Assembly: GCF_000009705.1 (NCBI RefSeq)
Contig: NC_003276.1
Span: 1-32,000, forward strand
Direction of reading: 5' to 3'
DNA: 32,000 nucleotides
From: Nostoc sp. PCC 7120 = FACHB-418
GTDB taxonomy: Bacteria; Cyanobacteriota; Cyanobacteriia; Cyanobacteriales; Nostocaceae
Position numbers and translations under genes: made by a program. This document shows, piece after piece, positions 1-8,303 of this stretch. The notes beneath the pieces were generated by a model, which did not search any database, was not told where the DNA came from, and worked only from the letters and a program-made list of their open reading frames with translations. How positions within the stretch are numbered: the first letter of the stretch is position 1; each line of letters opens with the position of its first letter.

Positions 1-208
1 GTCGACCCATAAAACTTCCACTTTTTCCAGTAATTCTGGGCGTTCTTCTAGTAACTCCATCAAAGCATAGGCAGCAAGTACTCTTTCTGGGGCATTTCCT
101 TCACTAACAATGACTTTCAGCAACAATCCCTGGCTATCAACTATGGTTTGTCGCTTTCTTCCTTTTACCTTTTTAGCTCCATCAAAGCCGTACACATCCC
201 CCTTTTTT
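1..208 (-). CDS. IS5-family transposase, catalytic part (orfB frame, -1 relative to orfA; partial at window edge)
   Basis: Reverse-complement translation gives DVYGFDGAKKVKGRKRQTIVDSQGLLLKVIVSEGNAPERVLAAYALMELLEERPELLEKVEVLWVD. This is colinear with GFDSGKKIKGRKRFITVDTLGLVLRVLVTAANV...IWVD of the intact transposase at 20196-20984. The frame is open to position 1. Confidence 0.7.
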
Positions 209-554
209 CAGCCGTTTTTACCGACTGACTATCTGCGGCGATCGCACTTGGTTGTGTTGATTTACCTAGTTTTGCGCGAACTTGACCCCGCAGAGTATGG
301 TTTAATTTTTCCCAAACTCCTTTGCGCTGCCACTTACGGTAATAGCTGTATACCGTTGAACTTGGGGGGAAATCGCCTGGAAGCATATTCCATTGACATC
401 CAGTCTTCAAATGATAATAGATGGCATTGCATATTTCACGCATATCTGTTGTGCGTGGATGTCCCCCTTCTTTAGCTGGTGGAATCAAGGGAGACAGGAT
501 TTCCCACTCCATATCAGTTAAGTCTGTGGGGTAAGACTTTCGTACCATAAGCAA
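165..554 (-). CDS. IS5-family transposase OrfA (N-terminal DNA-binding part)
   Basis: The 129-aa ORF reads YPTDLTDMEWEILSPLIPPAKEGGHPRTTDMREICNAIYYHLKTGCQWNMLPGDFPPSSTVYSYYRKWQRKGVWEKL...ADSQSVKTAEKRG. It is colinear with the N-terminus of the 262-aa transposase at 20196-20984. It ends shortly after an A6G5 slippery run. Confidence 0.85.
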   Translation of the reverse strand: MLMVRKSYPTDLTDMEWEILSPLIPPAKEGGHPRTTDMREICNAIYYHLKTGCQWNMLPGDFPPSSTVYSYYRKWQRKGVWEKLNHTLRGQVRAKLGKSTQPSAIAADSQSVKTAEKRGMCTALMELKR

Positions 555-640
555 CTATGTAAATACACTGTGTATAAGGTATCTTATACTTGCCAGGACT
601 CCTTTCTTACCGTTTTTAGATTTACTTTATAAATAACCTC

Positions 641-1715
641 TAACCGTACCTTGGGCGAGAAGAACTCTACGTTTAGCTCAACGACTAAGTGCGATTGCTT
701 TAGCTAATGGTGGTGCAGCCGGGGTAAGACTCTCGCAGCAATTAGGGATAAAAGTTTCTCGCAATACACTATTAAATTTAGTCCGTTCTATACCACTACC
801 ACCAATCGTAACGCCACATACTCTTGGGGTAGACGATTTCTGCTTTCGTAAATGTAAAACTTACGGAACAGCACTAATTGACCTGGAACGCAGACGACCA
901 GTTGCTCTACTAAAAGATGCTAAGGCTGAAACCTTGGCAGAATGGTTAAAAGCTCACCCTGGTGTCAAAGTTGTCTCACGAGATCGGTCAAAAACTTATG
1001 AAAGTGGTATTCGCCAAGGTGCGCCAGAAGCCATTCAAGTTGCAGACCGCTTTCATCTATTGCAAAACTTATCTCAAACGCTTTATCAAGTCTTTGGTAA
1101 TCACGCCAAAACACTAAAAGAAGTGGAAAAACAAGTCTTTAATACTGAAACTAAAGTGCATTTAGAGGTGGAAACAGCAAACAACCTTTCCATGATTGCT
1201 GAGGCTAATAAGAGTCCAGTTGTGCCGAGGTTTCCCCAAAACACATCTTTAAAAAGAAAAGTCCAATCCGCCAAGGCGCAGGCTAGACGAAGGGACATCC
1301 ATGCGCGAGTTTGGAGCTTGCGGTCTATTGGCTTATCAGTGCAAGCAATCGCTCAATCCCTGGGAGTTGCTAAAAATACCGTATATAATTACTTGCGTAG
1401 CTCAACTTTTACCGAACGTCGTGAACGTAGCGACAAAGGTCTGAGCCTTCTCAATCCTTATCATGATTACCTCCTCAGTCGCTGGAATAGCGGGAATCAC
1501 AGCACCCAAAAACTGTTTGAGGAAATTCGCGCCTACGGCTATACCGGTAGTTATGCCACGGTCTCTCGCTTCACTCGTTATCTCAAGACCGTGCCTGGAT
1601 TTGAACCAGCAAAAGGTTCAAGAAAAAACGCTTCTCTCAGGGTAAGCTCTTCCTCCCATCGTCCTCTCACCCCCAGTCGCGTCACAGCTTTAGTCTTGCG
1701 GCGACCAGAATTAAT
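641..1715 (+). pseudogene. ISL3-family transposase, central segment (5' part displaced by the IS5 element, 3' part displaced by the nested IS)
   Basis: Frame 1 is open from about 637 and reads PWARRTLRLAQRLSAIALANGGAAGVRLSQQLGIKVSRNTLLNLVRSIPLPPIVTPHTLGVDDFCFRKCKTYGTALIDLERRRPVALLKDAKAETLAEWLKAHPGVKVVSRDRSKTYESGIR...ADRFHLLQNL. These are ISL3-type motifs recalled from memory. The frame stops at a TAG created by the IS inserted at 1716. Confidence 0.8.
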
Positions 1716-1733
1716 CTAGCGTGGCAAAACTTA

Positions 1734-2540
1734 CTAGAGAAGACGACTCTCTAGATTAGCCAAGTAAGCCTTGGGGTCTCTGCGAAATCGATACTGTTCA
1801 ATTCTGGCTTTGTGGTGTTTTTGCAATTGAGAGCGTAATTCGAGCCAAGTATGAATATCAACTTGTGCTAAATCAGATGCGGTAAAAGAATGAAGCTTAG
1901 TAGCTATCGCACAGGCAAGTTTGACAGAACCACGAATAACGAGAGATGAGGGGGCAACCTTACGACCGGTACAACGACGTTGATGATAACGTAGCATACC
2001 AAAAGCGTGTTCTAAGTCATTATTAGTTCTAGGAAAATCTTCAATTTCATAACAATGAAAAAGTCCAGACCAGTAGCTGTGGGTGGTTTTTATAAAGTTA
2101 TCGATTGCAGTGTTCAGGGTACCAGCTTTCTGCTTTTGTTGAGACATTTCTGTCAACAGTTGCTGATAACTTTGTTTGACCCCAGCAGCATCAAGACCTA
2201 TTTTATTGTTGAGAATATTACTAGCTTTATCAACCCACTGATATGCAACCCTCACAGGTGAAAATAAAGATGCAGTAGCAGATAATCCCTTAGCTAGAAG
2301 GTGTTTTAGGTTAACTAAAGGTGGTGGTAAAGCACTTCTTTTTTCCATCCTTTCTAAGCTTTGTTCTATCAAAGTCAAATTTTCTTGTAACTTTAATCCA
2401 GATGCCTCTAACGGTGGATGTCCATCATTGGTTATAGAACTACGGACTGCCGAGCAATAATCTTCAATAATAGTCACCAAATCCTTATCTTCATTGGTAA
2501 CACTACGTTCAATTTCTCGTAATCCTCTAACTTTTTTTTT
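1734..2540 (-). CDS. DDE transposase of the nested IS, C-terminal segment (second frame)
   Basis: The frame is open from 2540 (KKKVRGLREIERSVTNEDKDLVTIIEDY...) to the stop at 1734. It contains FPRTNNDLEHAFGMLRYHQRRCTGRK, a transposase C-terminal-type motif. It joins the upstream segment only if one A of the A10 run is skipped. Confidence 0.7.
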   Translation of the reverse strand, partial: KKKVRGLREIERSVTNEDKDLVTIIEDYCSAVRSSITNDGHPPLEASGLKLQENLTLIEQSLERMEKRSALPPPLVNLKHLLAKGLSATASLFSPVRVAYQWVDKASNILNNKIGLDAAGVKQSYQQLLTEMSQQKQKAGTLNTAIDNFIKTTHSYWSGLFHCYEIEDFPRTNNDLEHAFGMLRYHQRRCTGRKVAPSSLVIRGSVKLACAIATKLHSFTASDLAQVDIHTWLELRSQLQKHHKARIEQYRFRRDPKAYLANLESRLL

Positions 2541-3315
2541 TCAATTCCTTTTTTGCATTTCTATCCGCCTCATATATGGGTTTAATTGCTTCTTTCAGGT
2601 AATGGTAATGACATAAACCATGAGCAATTTTAGGTAATGCTAACCCAACAGCTTTACGAATTGATTGTTGTCCATCACTAACAACTCCATCAATTGGTAC
2701 ATCCAGTGTATTAGCCACTTCTAATAATAACGCTACTAAATCTTCATTCCTTGATGATAATAAAGTTTTAGCAAGTAAAATTTCTCCTGATAGACAATCT
2801 CGAATTACCCATAATACCTCATGTCCAATTTCTGGCTGCATCCCATCAATGGCTAATATCACCCGTCCTTGATTAGCCACTATTGCTTTTAATCTTTTAT
2901 GGTCTTTTAGCCATAAAGAAAGTAACTCGTCATATCTGTCAATTAAGTGTGTGACCGTTCGTTTACTTATACATATACCCTTTAATTCAAGGTGAGTATG
3001 TATTTGAGGAACACTTCTATGTTCCTGGTAGCGTAATGCTCCTATATAAGCAATCACATCCAAACCAAATTCGTTCTGTGGTAGAGCGAGTGACCCTTCT
3101 TGCTCTGGTCGATATGCTTTTTTATACCGCATACATGACTTATTTTGACATCGCCGAATTTTTAGCTGTAGTTCTACTACCCCATTTAGCGTTCTTATAT
3201 GTCGAGGATTATTGTATTCATTCCACATTGCTTGACCACACGAAGGGCATTTTTTTTGAACACAATCGAGTACTTCAAACGATGTTGCCTCTGGTTTTAA
3301 ACTTTTTCTTACCAA
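2527..3315 (-). CDS. DDE transposase of the nested IS, N-terminal segment (zinc-finger plus first catalytic Asp residues)
   Basis: The 262-aa ORF has CPSCGQ...C..C zinc-finger-like cysteines, then ILAIDGMQPE and VVSDGQQSIRKAV (candidate DD residues) and CHYHYLKEA. It ends KKELKKKS* inside an A10 run (T10 on the + strand at 2532-2541). Confidence 0.75.
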   Translation of the reverse strand: MVRKSLKPEATSFEVLDCVQKKCPSCGQAMWNEYNNPRHIRTLNGVVELQLKIRRCQNKSCMRYKKAYRPEQEGSLALPQNEFGLDVIAYIGALRYQEHRSVPQIHTHLELKGICISKRTVTHLIDRYDELLSLWLKDHKRLKAIVANQGRVILAIDGMQPEIGHEVLWVIRDCLSGEILLAKTLLSSRNEDLVALLLEVANTLDVPIDGVVSDGQQSIRKAVGLALPKIAHGLCHYHYLKEAIKPIYEADRNAKKELKKKS

Positions 3316-3392
3316 GTTTTTGTACCATTATTTCGTTACAAGCTCAAGATTACAGGATCTCTGCTCCTCTCTAGTAAGTTTTGCCACGCTAG

Positions 3393-3743
3393 GAATTAAT
3401 ACAGCCTAATGAGCGTGAAGTCATCGCTCAACTACTTTCAGCCCATTCGGATTTGAAGTCAGCTATTGAACTAGCTCAACAGTTTGCATCTCTTGTGCGT
3501 CAACGTCTGAGCAAGCAGCTCGATGCTTGGTTAAACAAAGCTAAAAACAGCTCGGTTTCTTTGTTGCGCTCCTTTGCTGTTAGTTTAGAGTCTGACTACA
3601 ATGCTGTGAAAGCAGGTGTAACTATGTCAGTTAGTAATGGCCCAGTTGAAGGGCATATTAATCGACTGAAAATGTTAAAGCGGCAGATGTATGGTCGCGC
3701 CAAAATAGATTTACTGGAGCGACGGTTTTTGTTGACTATGTGA
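3393..3743 (+). pseudogene. ISL3-family transposase, C-terminal segment
   Basis: Removing 1716-3392 plus one GAATTAAT copy restores the frame: ...RRPELIQPNEREVIAQLLSAHSDLKSAIELAQQF...SNGPVEGHINRLKMLKRQMYGRAKIDLLERRFLL. The NGxxEGxxNxxKxxKRxxYG motif is the ISL3 C-terminal signature recalled from memory. Confidence 0.8.
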
Positions 3744-3775
3744 GGAGAAAATTTTGACAATTTACACTTGATTAT

Positions 3776-4126
3776 ATGAGTTATAGAAATCAGTTTATCT
3801 GGCAAAGAGCGGTTCAACTTGCTATCAATTGTTATAAATTTACCCGCCTATTTCCTCAGTCAGAATTGTATGGTTTAACCAGCCAAATCCGACGTTCATC
3901 TGTATCTGTAGCATCTAATATAGCAGAAGGCTATGGTAGACGCTCAAAGCCAGAATACATACAGTTTTTACATATTGCATTAGGTTCTTTGAGAGAATTA
4001 GATACGCAATTAATCATTGCAAAAGAAGTAGATTTAGCTGATAAAGACCTTTTTACTCCCATATTGAATGAGGTTGAAGAAATGCAAAGTATATTAGTTG
4101 CTACTTTAAACAAACTCAAAGGCTGA
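3776..4126 (+). CDS. Four-helix-bundle protein (23S rRNA intervening-sequence protein family)
   Basis: The 116-aa ORF reads WQRAVQLAINCYKFTRLFPQSELYGLTSQIRRSSVSVASNIAEGYGRRSKPEYIQFLHIALGSLRELDTQL. This is the characteristic pattern of the family (QxRRAxxSIxxNIAEG ... A.GSxxExxT), recalled from memory. Confidence 0.85.
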   Translation: MSYRNQFIWQRAVQLAINCYKFTRLFPQSELYGLTSQIRRSSVSVASNIAEGYGRRSKPEYIQFLHIALGSLRELDTQLIIAKEVDLADKDLFTPILNEVEEMQSILVATLNKLKG

Positions 4127-4150
4127 AATTATTACTTCTAGTCTTCCGAC

Positions 4151-4185
4151 TTCTGCCTTCTGCCCTCTGCCCTCTGCCCTCTGCC
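4151..4185. repeat. Tandem heptamer repeat (TTCTGCC x2, CTCTGCC x3)
   Basis: Five head-to-tail 7-nt units were read directly in the sequence. This short tandem repeat type is typical of Nostoc-like genomes. Confidence 0.9.
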
Positions 4186-4330
4186 TTTCCCCAACCAAGA
4201 TCACCAAAAGTTGCCAAGAACCGTATTATGGTTCACATTTAAAACACGCGGACATAATTTGATTCATAAATTTAAGTTTTTGATTGGCTCAAAAGCTTGA
4301 AATTACGTTAACTTTTTGTCACGTTATGGT

Positions 4331-5200
4331 TCAAAATTTGGTCATGCAGGGGGTAAAATCACAGTTATTAGCAGTCTTGTAATGAAAGTCTTTCCGAGTA
4401 TCAGCGACTTTCTTGTGCTGTTTGCCCAACTGCTGAATAGCTTTCTTGCGACGATTAGAACCCTTTTTGCGTCTTGAAACCTTGCGTTGTGCCAACTTTA
4501 ATTTACGTTCAGCTTTACGTAAAAACTTTGGCGCTGCTATCCTATCGCCATCTGAAGTAACAATAAAATCAATCAATCCTACATCAATGCCAACAATATT
4601 ATTGATATCAAGATCAGTCTTGATTGTTGGAACTGTCTTATCTTCTAAGCTCAAAGTCACATAGTAGCCATCTGCTTTTTTGGTTACAGATACAGTTTTA
4701 ATATCAAACCCGTCTGGTATTGGACGATGAACAATTACTTTGACTGTTCCAATTTTTGACAGTGTTATTTTATCTTTGGTGAAATGCTCCTTTTTGAATT
4801 GTGGATAGGTGAAAGTCTTGTACTGACCTTTCCCTTTGAATCTTGGTTTGCCACTACGTTTGCCATTGCTATCTCCTTTTAACCATCGGTCAAAAGCAAT
4901 TTCAACTTTTTTAGGTACTTCTTGCAACGTCTGAGAATGAATGCTTTTGTACCAAGGTCTGTCCTTCTTTAGTTGGGTTAGCGTTGCCTGTTGACTAAAG
5001 CGATTGGGCTTATCTCTTAACTCTGGGATATGACAAACAACAAGTGAGCATCTATCTACGGAGCAACGATTTTGCTCGTACCAATCAAACCTCTGAGCAA
5101 GCTGATAATTATACTGGCATCGAAGCATATCTAATGTTTTATCAATATGCAATGCTTGTTCTTTCGTTGGTTTTAGTGGGTACTGATAAGATATTCTCAC
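4331..5200 (-). pseudogene. tnpB: TnpB (IS200/IS605 OrfB) truncated at the 3' end
   Basis: The N-terminus is MRISYQYPLKPTKEQ... and the RuvC-I motif is IVGIDVGLIDFIVTSDG. Similarity stops after DTRKDFHYKTAN at about residue 280. The RuvC-II Glu, the zinc finger and the RuvC-III Asp segments expected in TnpB proteins of about 400 aa are absent. Confidence 0.8.
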
Positions 5201-5253
5201 TTGCTCGACTAATTAAGTGTTACTTTTTTAGTATACACTGATTTAGGCATAAC

Positions 5254-5673
5254 ATGAAAGATGATTTTGTTTCAAAAGGAAGGTCTGTTAGCGACCTAAA
5301 AGTGCATTTAGTATTGGTTACTAAATATCGGCGTAAAGCGTTTACGTCCGAGATGCTAAGTAGACTAAATGTTGTAATGCAAGAATTATTAGAAAAGTGG
5401 GATTGTAAGCTAGTAACGTTTAATGGTGAAGAGGATCATGTACACCTACTCTTTCAGTATCATCCAGACGTTGAACTTAGCAAGTTAGTCAATAATCTAA
5501 AGTCTGTATCATCGAGGAAACTTCGCCAAGAATTTGCAGAACATTTAGAAAGTTTCTATTGGAAGGACGTATTTTGGAGTGGTTCTTATTTTGTTGCTAG
5601 TTGTGGTGGCGTTACTGTTTCTACACTAAGAAAATATATTGAAGCGCAGGAATCACTCACACAATCAACCTAG
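5254..5673 (+). CDS. tnpA: IS200/IS605-family Y1 (HUH) transposase TnpA
   Basis: The 139-aa ORF has the HUH motif (EEDHVHLLFQY) and the C-terminal catalytic Tyr region (WSGSYFVASCGGVTVSTLRKYIEAQ). Size and motifs are typical. Confidence 0.9.
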   Translation: MKDDFVSKGRSVSDLKVHLVLVTKYRRKAFTSEMLSRLNVVMQELLEKWDCKLVTFNGEEDHVHLLFQYHPDVELSKLVNNLKSVSSRKLRQEFAEHLESFYWKDVFWSGSYFVASCGGVTVSTLRKYIEAQESLTQST

Positions 5674-5797
5674 AAATTGTTCGTTTCCTCCATATCCTCT
5701 TCTCTTGCCTACGGCATTGTTCAGAGCATTGTCGTCAACTCAATCGCATTCATCCCACACTCCTAAAAGTGAGATATGGAACCTCTGCTGAAATCAG

Positions 5798-7252
5798 TTA
5801 AATATTTGTCAAAATTCTAGCTTTTTTCAGGAGAAACTGTAGAATTATTGTTTCTGAAGAAAGAATATCTGCTCTTGCTTCCATGCCAGATTTAATTGCA
5901 CACTGGCGATCACCTGCTGTTAGTTCCAGTTTTTTTGGTTGGATAGTTACCTCATACATTGCTGGATTATTTTGATTACCAGAGTTAATGACATCAGGAG
6001 AAATGGCACTCACACTGCCTTTGAGAGTGCCGTATTCAGTATAGGAACAACTAGAAATTCGTAATTGTACTTCTTGATTTGTTTCTACTTTACGAATATC
6101 GGAAGCTGGTACCAGTGCTTTAATAATTAAAGGCGACTTTCGAGGAGAAATTTGAGCAACAATATCACCCGAACGTATTATTTGTGCAGGATTACGCAGA
6201 TTTAATTCCTGAATAATTCCAGAGGCAGAAGCGCGAATTGCTGTGTTAGCAATCTCACGCATAATTTGGTTTAGTTCCTGGCGATCGCGGCTCAATTGTT
6301 TTTGCAATTCTAATTTTTGCTGTAATAATTGTTCTCTTTCTTGATTTAATCTGCTTAAACTAACTTCACTAACAGCGCGTTCTGTAGCAATTTTTTCTTG
6401 AGCAATGACCACATTCGCATCACTAGGATTGAGATTAGCCAATGCCCCTTCCAGTCTAGCTTTTGCTGCTGCGATCGCATATTTTTGTTGTTGAATTGCT
6501 TGTTGGCTTTGTTCTACATTAGCTGTCTGCGATTCTAAGATCTGTTGTTGTTGTTCAAAAGCTAGTTGTACTTCTTGAAATTGATCTTGAGAAATTGAAC
6601 CTGTTTCTAGTAAGGGTTTATATCTATCTCGTCTTGCTTGTGCAGCCTTTAAAGAAGTTTCGCTAGATTTAAAATTGGCAATTGCTGATTTTAACTGACT
6701 TTGGGTTTTTTGTAACTCTTTCTCAGCTTGCTGGAGATTTGCTTGAGCCTCCCTAAATTGCACAGAAGAATTGATTTCCCGATCTTGAAAATCACGCTGA
6801 TTACGATTCAATTCAGCTTCCGCCGCAGATATCACCCGATTAATGCGATCGCGCTCTGCAATTATTTGTTTATTCAATGCCGTAATTTGGGCATCAATTT
6901 GAGTTAGTTGCAGTGTTGCTTGTTGAATATTCGTTTGTAGTTGGCTTTTTTGCGTTTGCAACCGATCATCCTCTACCAGGGCAATAATATCACCTTGATT
7001 AACTGTCTGATTAACCTGAACAGCCAAGCTTTTAATTTTGCCTTCCGTAGCTGCTTGCACCAAGCGCAACTCTCCATCTGGGCGCACAGTCGCCGGAACC
7101 TTTACAGTCACTCGATATTTAAGAATACTAGCCAGAAAAAAAGTAGTCGCAAAAATGCTTAAGAGAACCACACCCCCCATCGTTACCCAGCGATTAATCG
7201 GAGGCAAAAATTCATCAGGAGTCGCAGCGTGTAAGGAATAATTATCAGTCAT
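5798..7252 (-). CDS. HlyD-family secretion adaptor (membrane-fusion protein)
   Basis: The 484-aa ORF has an N-terminal TM helix (WVTMGGVVLLSIFATTFFLASIL), a lipoyl-like motif (GDIIALVEDD), a long Q/E-rich coiled coil and a C-terminal beta domain. It is the last gene of the minus-strand operon with the microviridin genes. Confidence 0.85.
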   Translation of the reverse strand: MTDNYSLHAATPDEFLPPINRWVTMGGVVLLSIFATTFFLASILKYRVTVKVPATVRPDGELRLVQAATEGKIKSLAVQVNQTVNQGDIIALVEDDRLQTQKSQLQTNIQQATLQLTQIDAQITALNKQIIAERDRINRVISAAEAELNRNQRDFQDREINSSVQFREAQANLQQAEKELQKTQSQLKSAIANFKSSETSLKAAQARRDRYKPLLETGSISQDQFQEVQLAFEQQQQILESQTANVEQSQQAIQQQKYAIAAAKARLEGALANLNPSDANVVIAQEKIATERAVSEVSLSRLNQEREQLLQQKLELQKQLSRDRQELNQIMREIANTAIRASASGIIQELNLRNPAQIIRSGDIVAQISPRKSPLIIKALVPASDIRKVETNQEVQLRISSCSYTEYGTLKGSVSAISPDVINSGNQNNPAMYEVTIQPKKLELTAGDRQCAIKSGMEARADILSSETIILQFLLKKARILTNI

Positions 7253-7320
7253 CAGTCATCACTTATCAGTTACTTGTACTGAGCGGAGTCGAGGTATCAG
7301 TTAAACCTCATCCCCCTCAT

Positions 7321-8292
7321 TCAAATATGACTTAGTAAAACTTTAGCGATCGCTTGAGAAATAGGCAAGCCAGGACACCGTTCTAACCAAAAGAATTCAC
7401 CTACAGGATTAACTTCTAGAAAAACATAGCGATTATCTGGGGTTAAAATTACATCAATTGCCCCGTAATTTAAACCAAAATGCGCCATCAGTTGCAATAA
7501 TTTGTCTGCCACATCTTGGGGTAAAGTATGGGTTTGCCAAGCATCAAGTAAAGCTACCCCCTGTTTTCGCCAATCGTAACGGGATTTATCTAAGGCTTGA
7601 GAATTTACAGCCGCAGTCAATATAGATTTACCCACAATCGTGATTCTTAGTTCTAAAACTTTGGCAATTTTTTCTTGAAATGTCATCGGACAAAAACGCA
7701 ATCCCTCTAAATTTTCTAAATCTTCGCTCTTTACGGGATTGGTAAATACTACTTGTTCTCCCCCTTTTTCGTCATAAATGGCAAAGGAAGAAAGCATTTT
7801 TGTAATTACATCCTGTTGACATTCTGCGGCAAATTCTTTGACGGCTTGGGGATTATTGGTAGTTAAAGTCCGTGGGGTATCCAAACCGATTTTTCTGGCT
7901 ACTTGCAGTTGTAGTTGCTTGTTTTCTGCACGACGAATATTTGGCACAGGGTCGAGGTGAAAACCTCTGATGCTGGCAATCATTCCTTGAATCGTGGCGC
8001 GAGATTCTTGAATAGAAGCTTGGCGCAATTGCTTATCCATAGTTGGAGGAATTTTTCCACCAATGGCGATGCGCCGATACCAAACTGCTGTTACTTCGTT
8101 TAAATCTAGCTTTTGGTCATCAGCAACCAGGACACATTTTTCCGTATTACTGTAATAAATATCTAGTTGTACTTCCGTGGGAAATCGGTCTGTGTCAAAA
8201 CGAAATGCTTTACCTCCCTGTGATTCAATTGCTTGAGTTACTAGAGAAATACTTTCGTTATCGTGGCTGTGAGTAATAATTAAGACATTCAT
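7321..8292 (-). CDS. mdnC: Microviridin-type ATP-grasp macrocyclase, MdnC/MvdD-like (omega-ester ligase by similarity)
   Basis: Starts at the internal ATG (MNVLIITHSHDNESISLVTQAIESQGGKAFRFDTDRFPTEV...). Other matching stretches are AENKQLQLQVARKIGL, FCPMTFQEKI, LRITIVG, NYGAIDVILTPDNRYVFLEVNPVGEFFWLE. It closely resembles MdnC as I recall it. The 28-codon upstream extension in the ORF track overlaps the preceding gene and was trimmed. Confidence 0.85.
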   Translation of the reverse strand: MNVLIITHSHDNESISLVTQAIESQGGKAFRFDTDRFPTEVQLDIYYSNTEKCVLVADDQKLDLNEVTAVWYRRIAIGGKIPPTMDKQLRQASIQESRATIQGMIASIRGFHLDPVPNIRRAENKQLQLQVARKIGLDTPRTLTTNNPQAVKEFAAECQQDVITKMLSSFAIYDEKGGEQVVFTNPVKSEDLENLEGLRFCPMTFQEKIAKVLELRITIVGKSILTAAVNSQALDKSRYDWRKQGVALLDAWQTHTLPQDVADKLLQLMAHFGLNYGAIDVILTPDNRYVFLEVNPVGEFFWLERCPGLPISQAIAKVLLSHI

Positions 8293-8303
8293 ATAAAAGA
8301 TTT

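Larger units (their letters stand above)
1..640 (-). mobile_element. IS5-family insertion sequence, partial (continues off the left window edge)
   Basis: Minus-strand transposase frames run from 554 to position 1. The reverse complement of 624-640 is GAGGTTATTTATAAAGT, which resembles the terminal repeat GAGGGTGTTTGAAAAGT of the complete IS5-family element at 20109-21016. It is followed by TAA (641-643), after which an ISL3 transposase frame resumes. Confidence 0.8.
1716..3392 (-). mobile_element. Complete 1677-bp insertion sequence nested inside the ISL3 transposase gene (family uncertain, possibly ISKra4-like)
   Basis: Perfect 24-bp terminal inverted repeats: CTAGCGTGGCAAAACTTACTAGAG at 1716-1739 and its reverse complement at 3369-3392. 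They are flanked by an 8-bp direct duplication, GAATTAAT, at 1708-1715 and 3393-3400. The element carries a two-segment transposase gene. Confidence 0.9.
4331..5700. mobile_element. IS200/IS605-family element remnant (divergent tnpB fragment and tnpA)
   Basis: A truncated tnpB (minus strand) and an intact Y1 tnpA (plus strand) are separated by 53 bp in IS605-like divergent layout. The element ends were not identified. Confidence 0.6.

Noticed and set aside
110-475. 121-aa plus-strand ORF
   Set aside because: It lies entirely antisense to the IS5-family transposase frames, which have clear homology to the second IS5 copy. It has no motif of its own.
1101-3374. Short ORFs 1101-1298(-), 1463-1645(+), 2055-2261(+), 3036-3374(+)
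   Set aside because: They are antisense or out-of-frame overlaps of recognisable transposase reading frames and have low-complexity or odd composition.
3596-3817. 73-aa minus-strand ORF
   Set aside because: It is antisense to the conserved ISL3 C-terminal segment and to the start of the four-helix-bundle gene.
4151-4185. Possible CRISPR array or similar, given the short tandem repeats here and at 12948 and 26394
   Set aside because: The units are 7 nt and directly abutting, with no spacers. These are simple tandem repeats, not CRISPR.
4200-4223. GATCACCAAAAGTTGCCAAGAACC as a possible right terminal repeat of the ISL3 element, which would make the four-helix-bundle gene a passenger
   Set aside because: The reverse complement starts GGTTCTTGGC, vaguely like ISL3 ends. 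The left end of the ISL3 element is outside the window, so no inverted-repeat partner or target duplication can be checked.
7915-8276. ORFs 7915-8103(+) and 8043-8276(+)
   Set aside because: They are antisense to the MdnC-like ligase gene.
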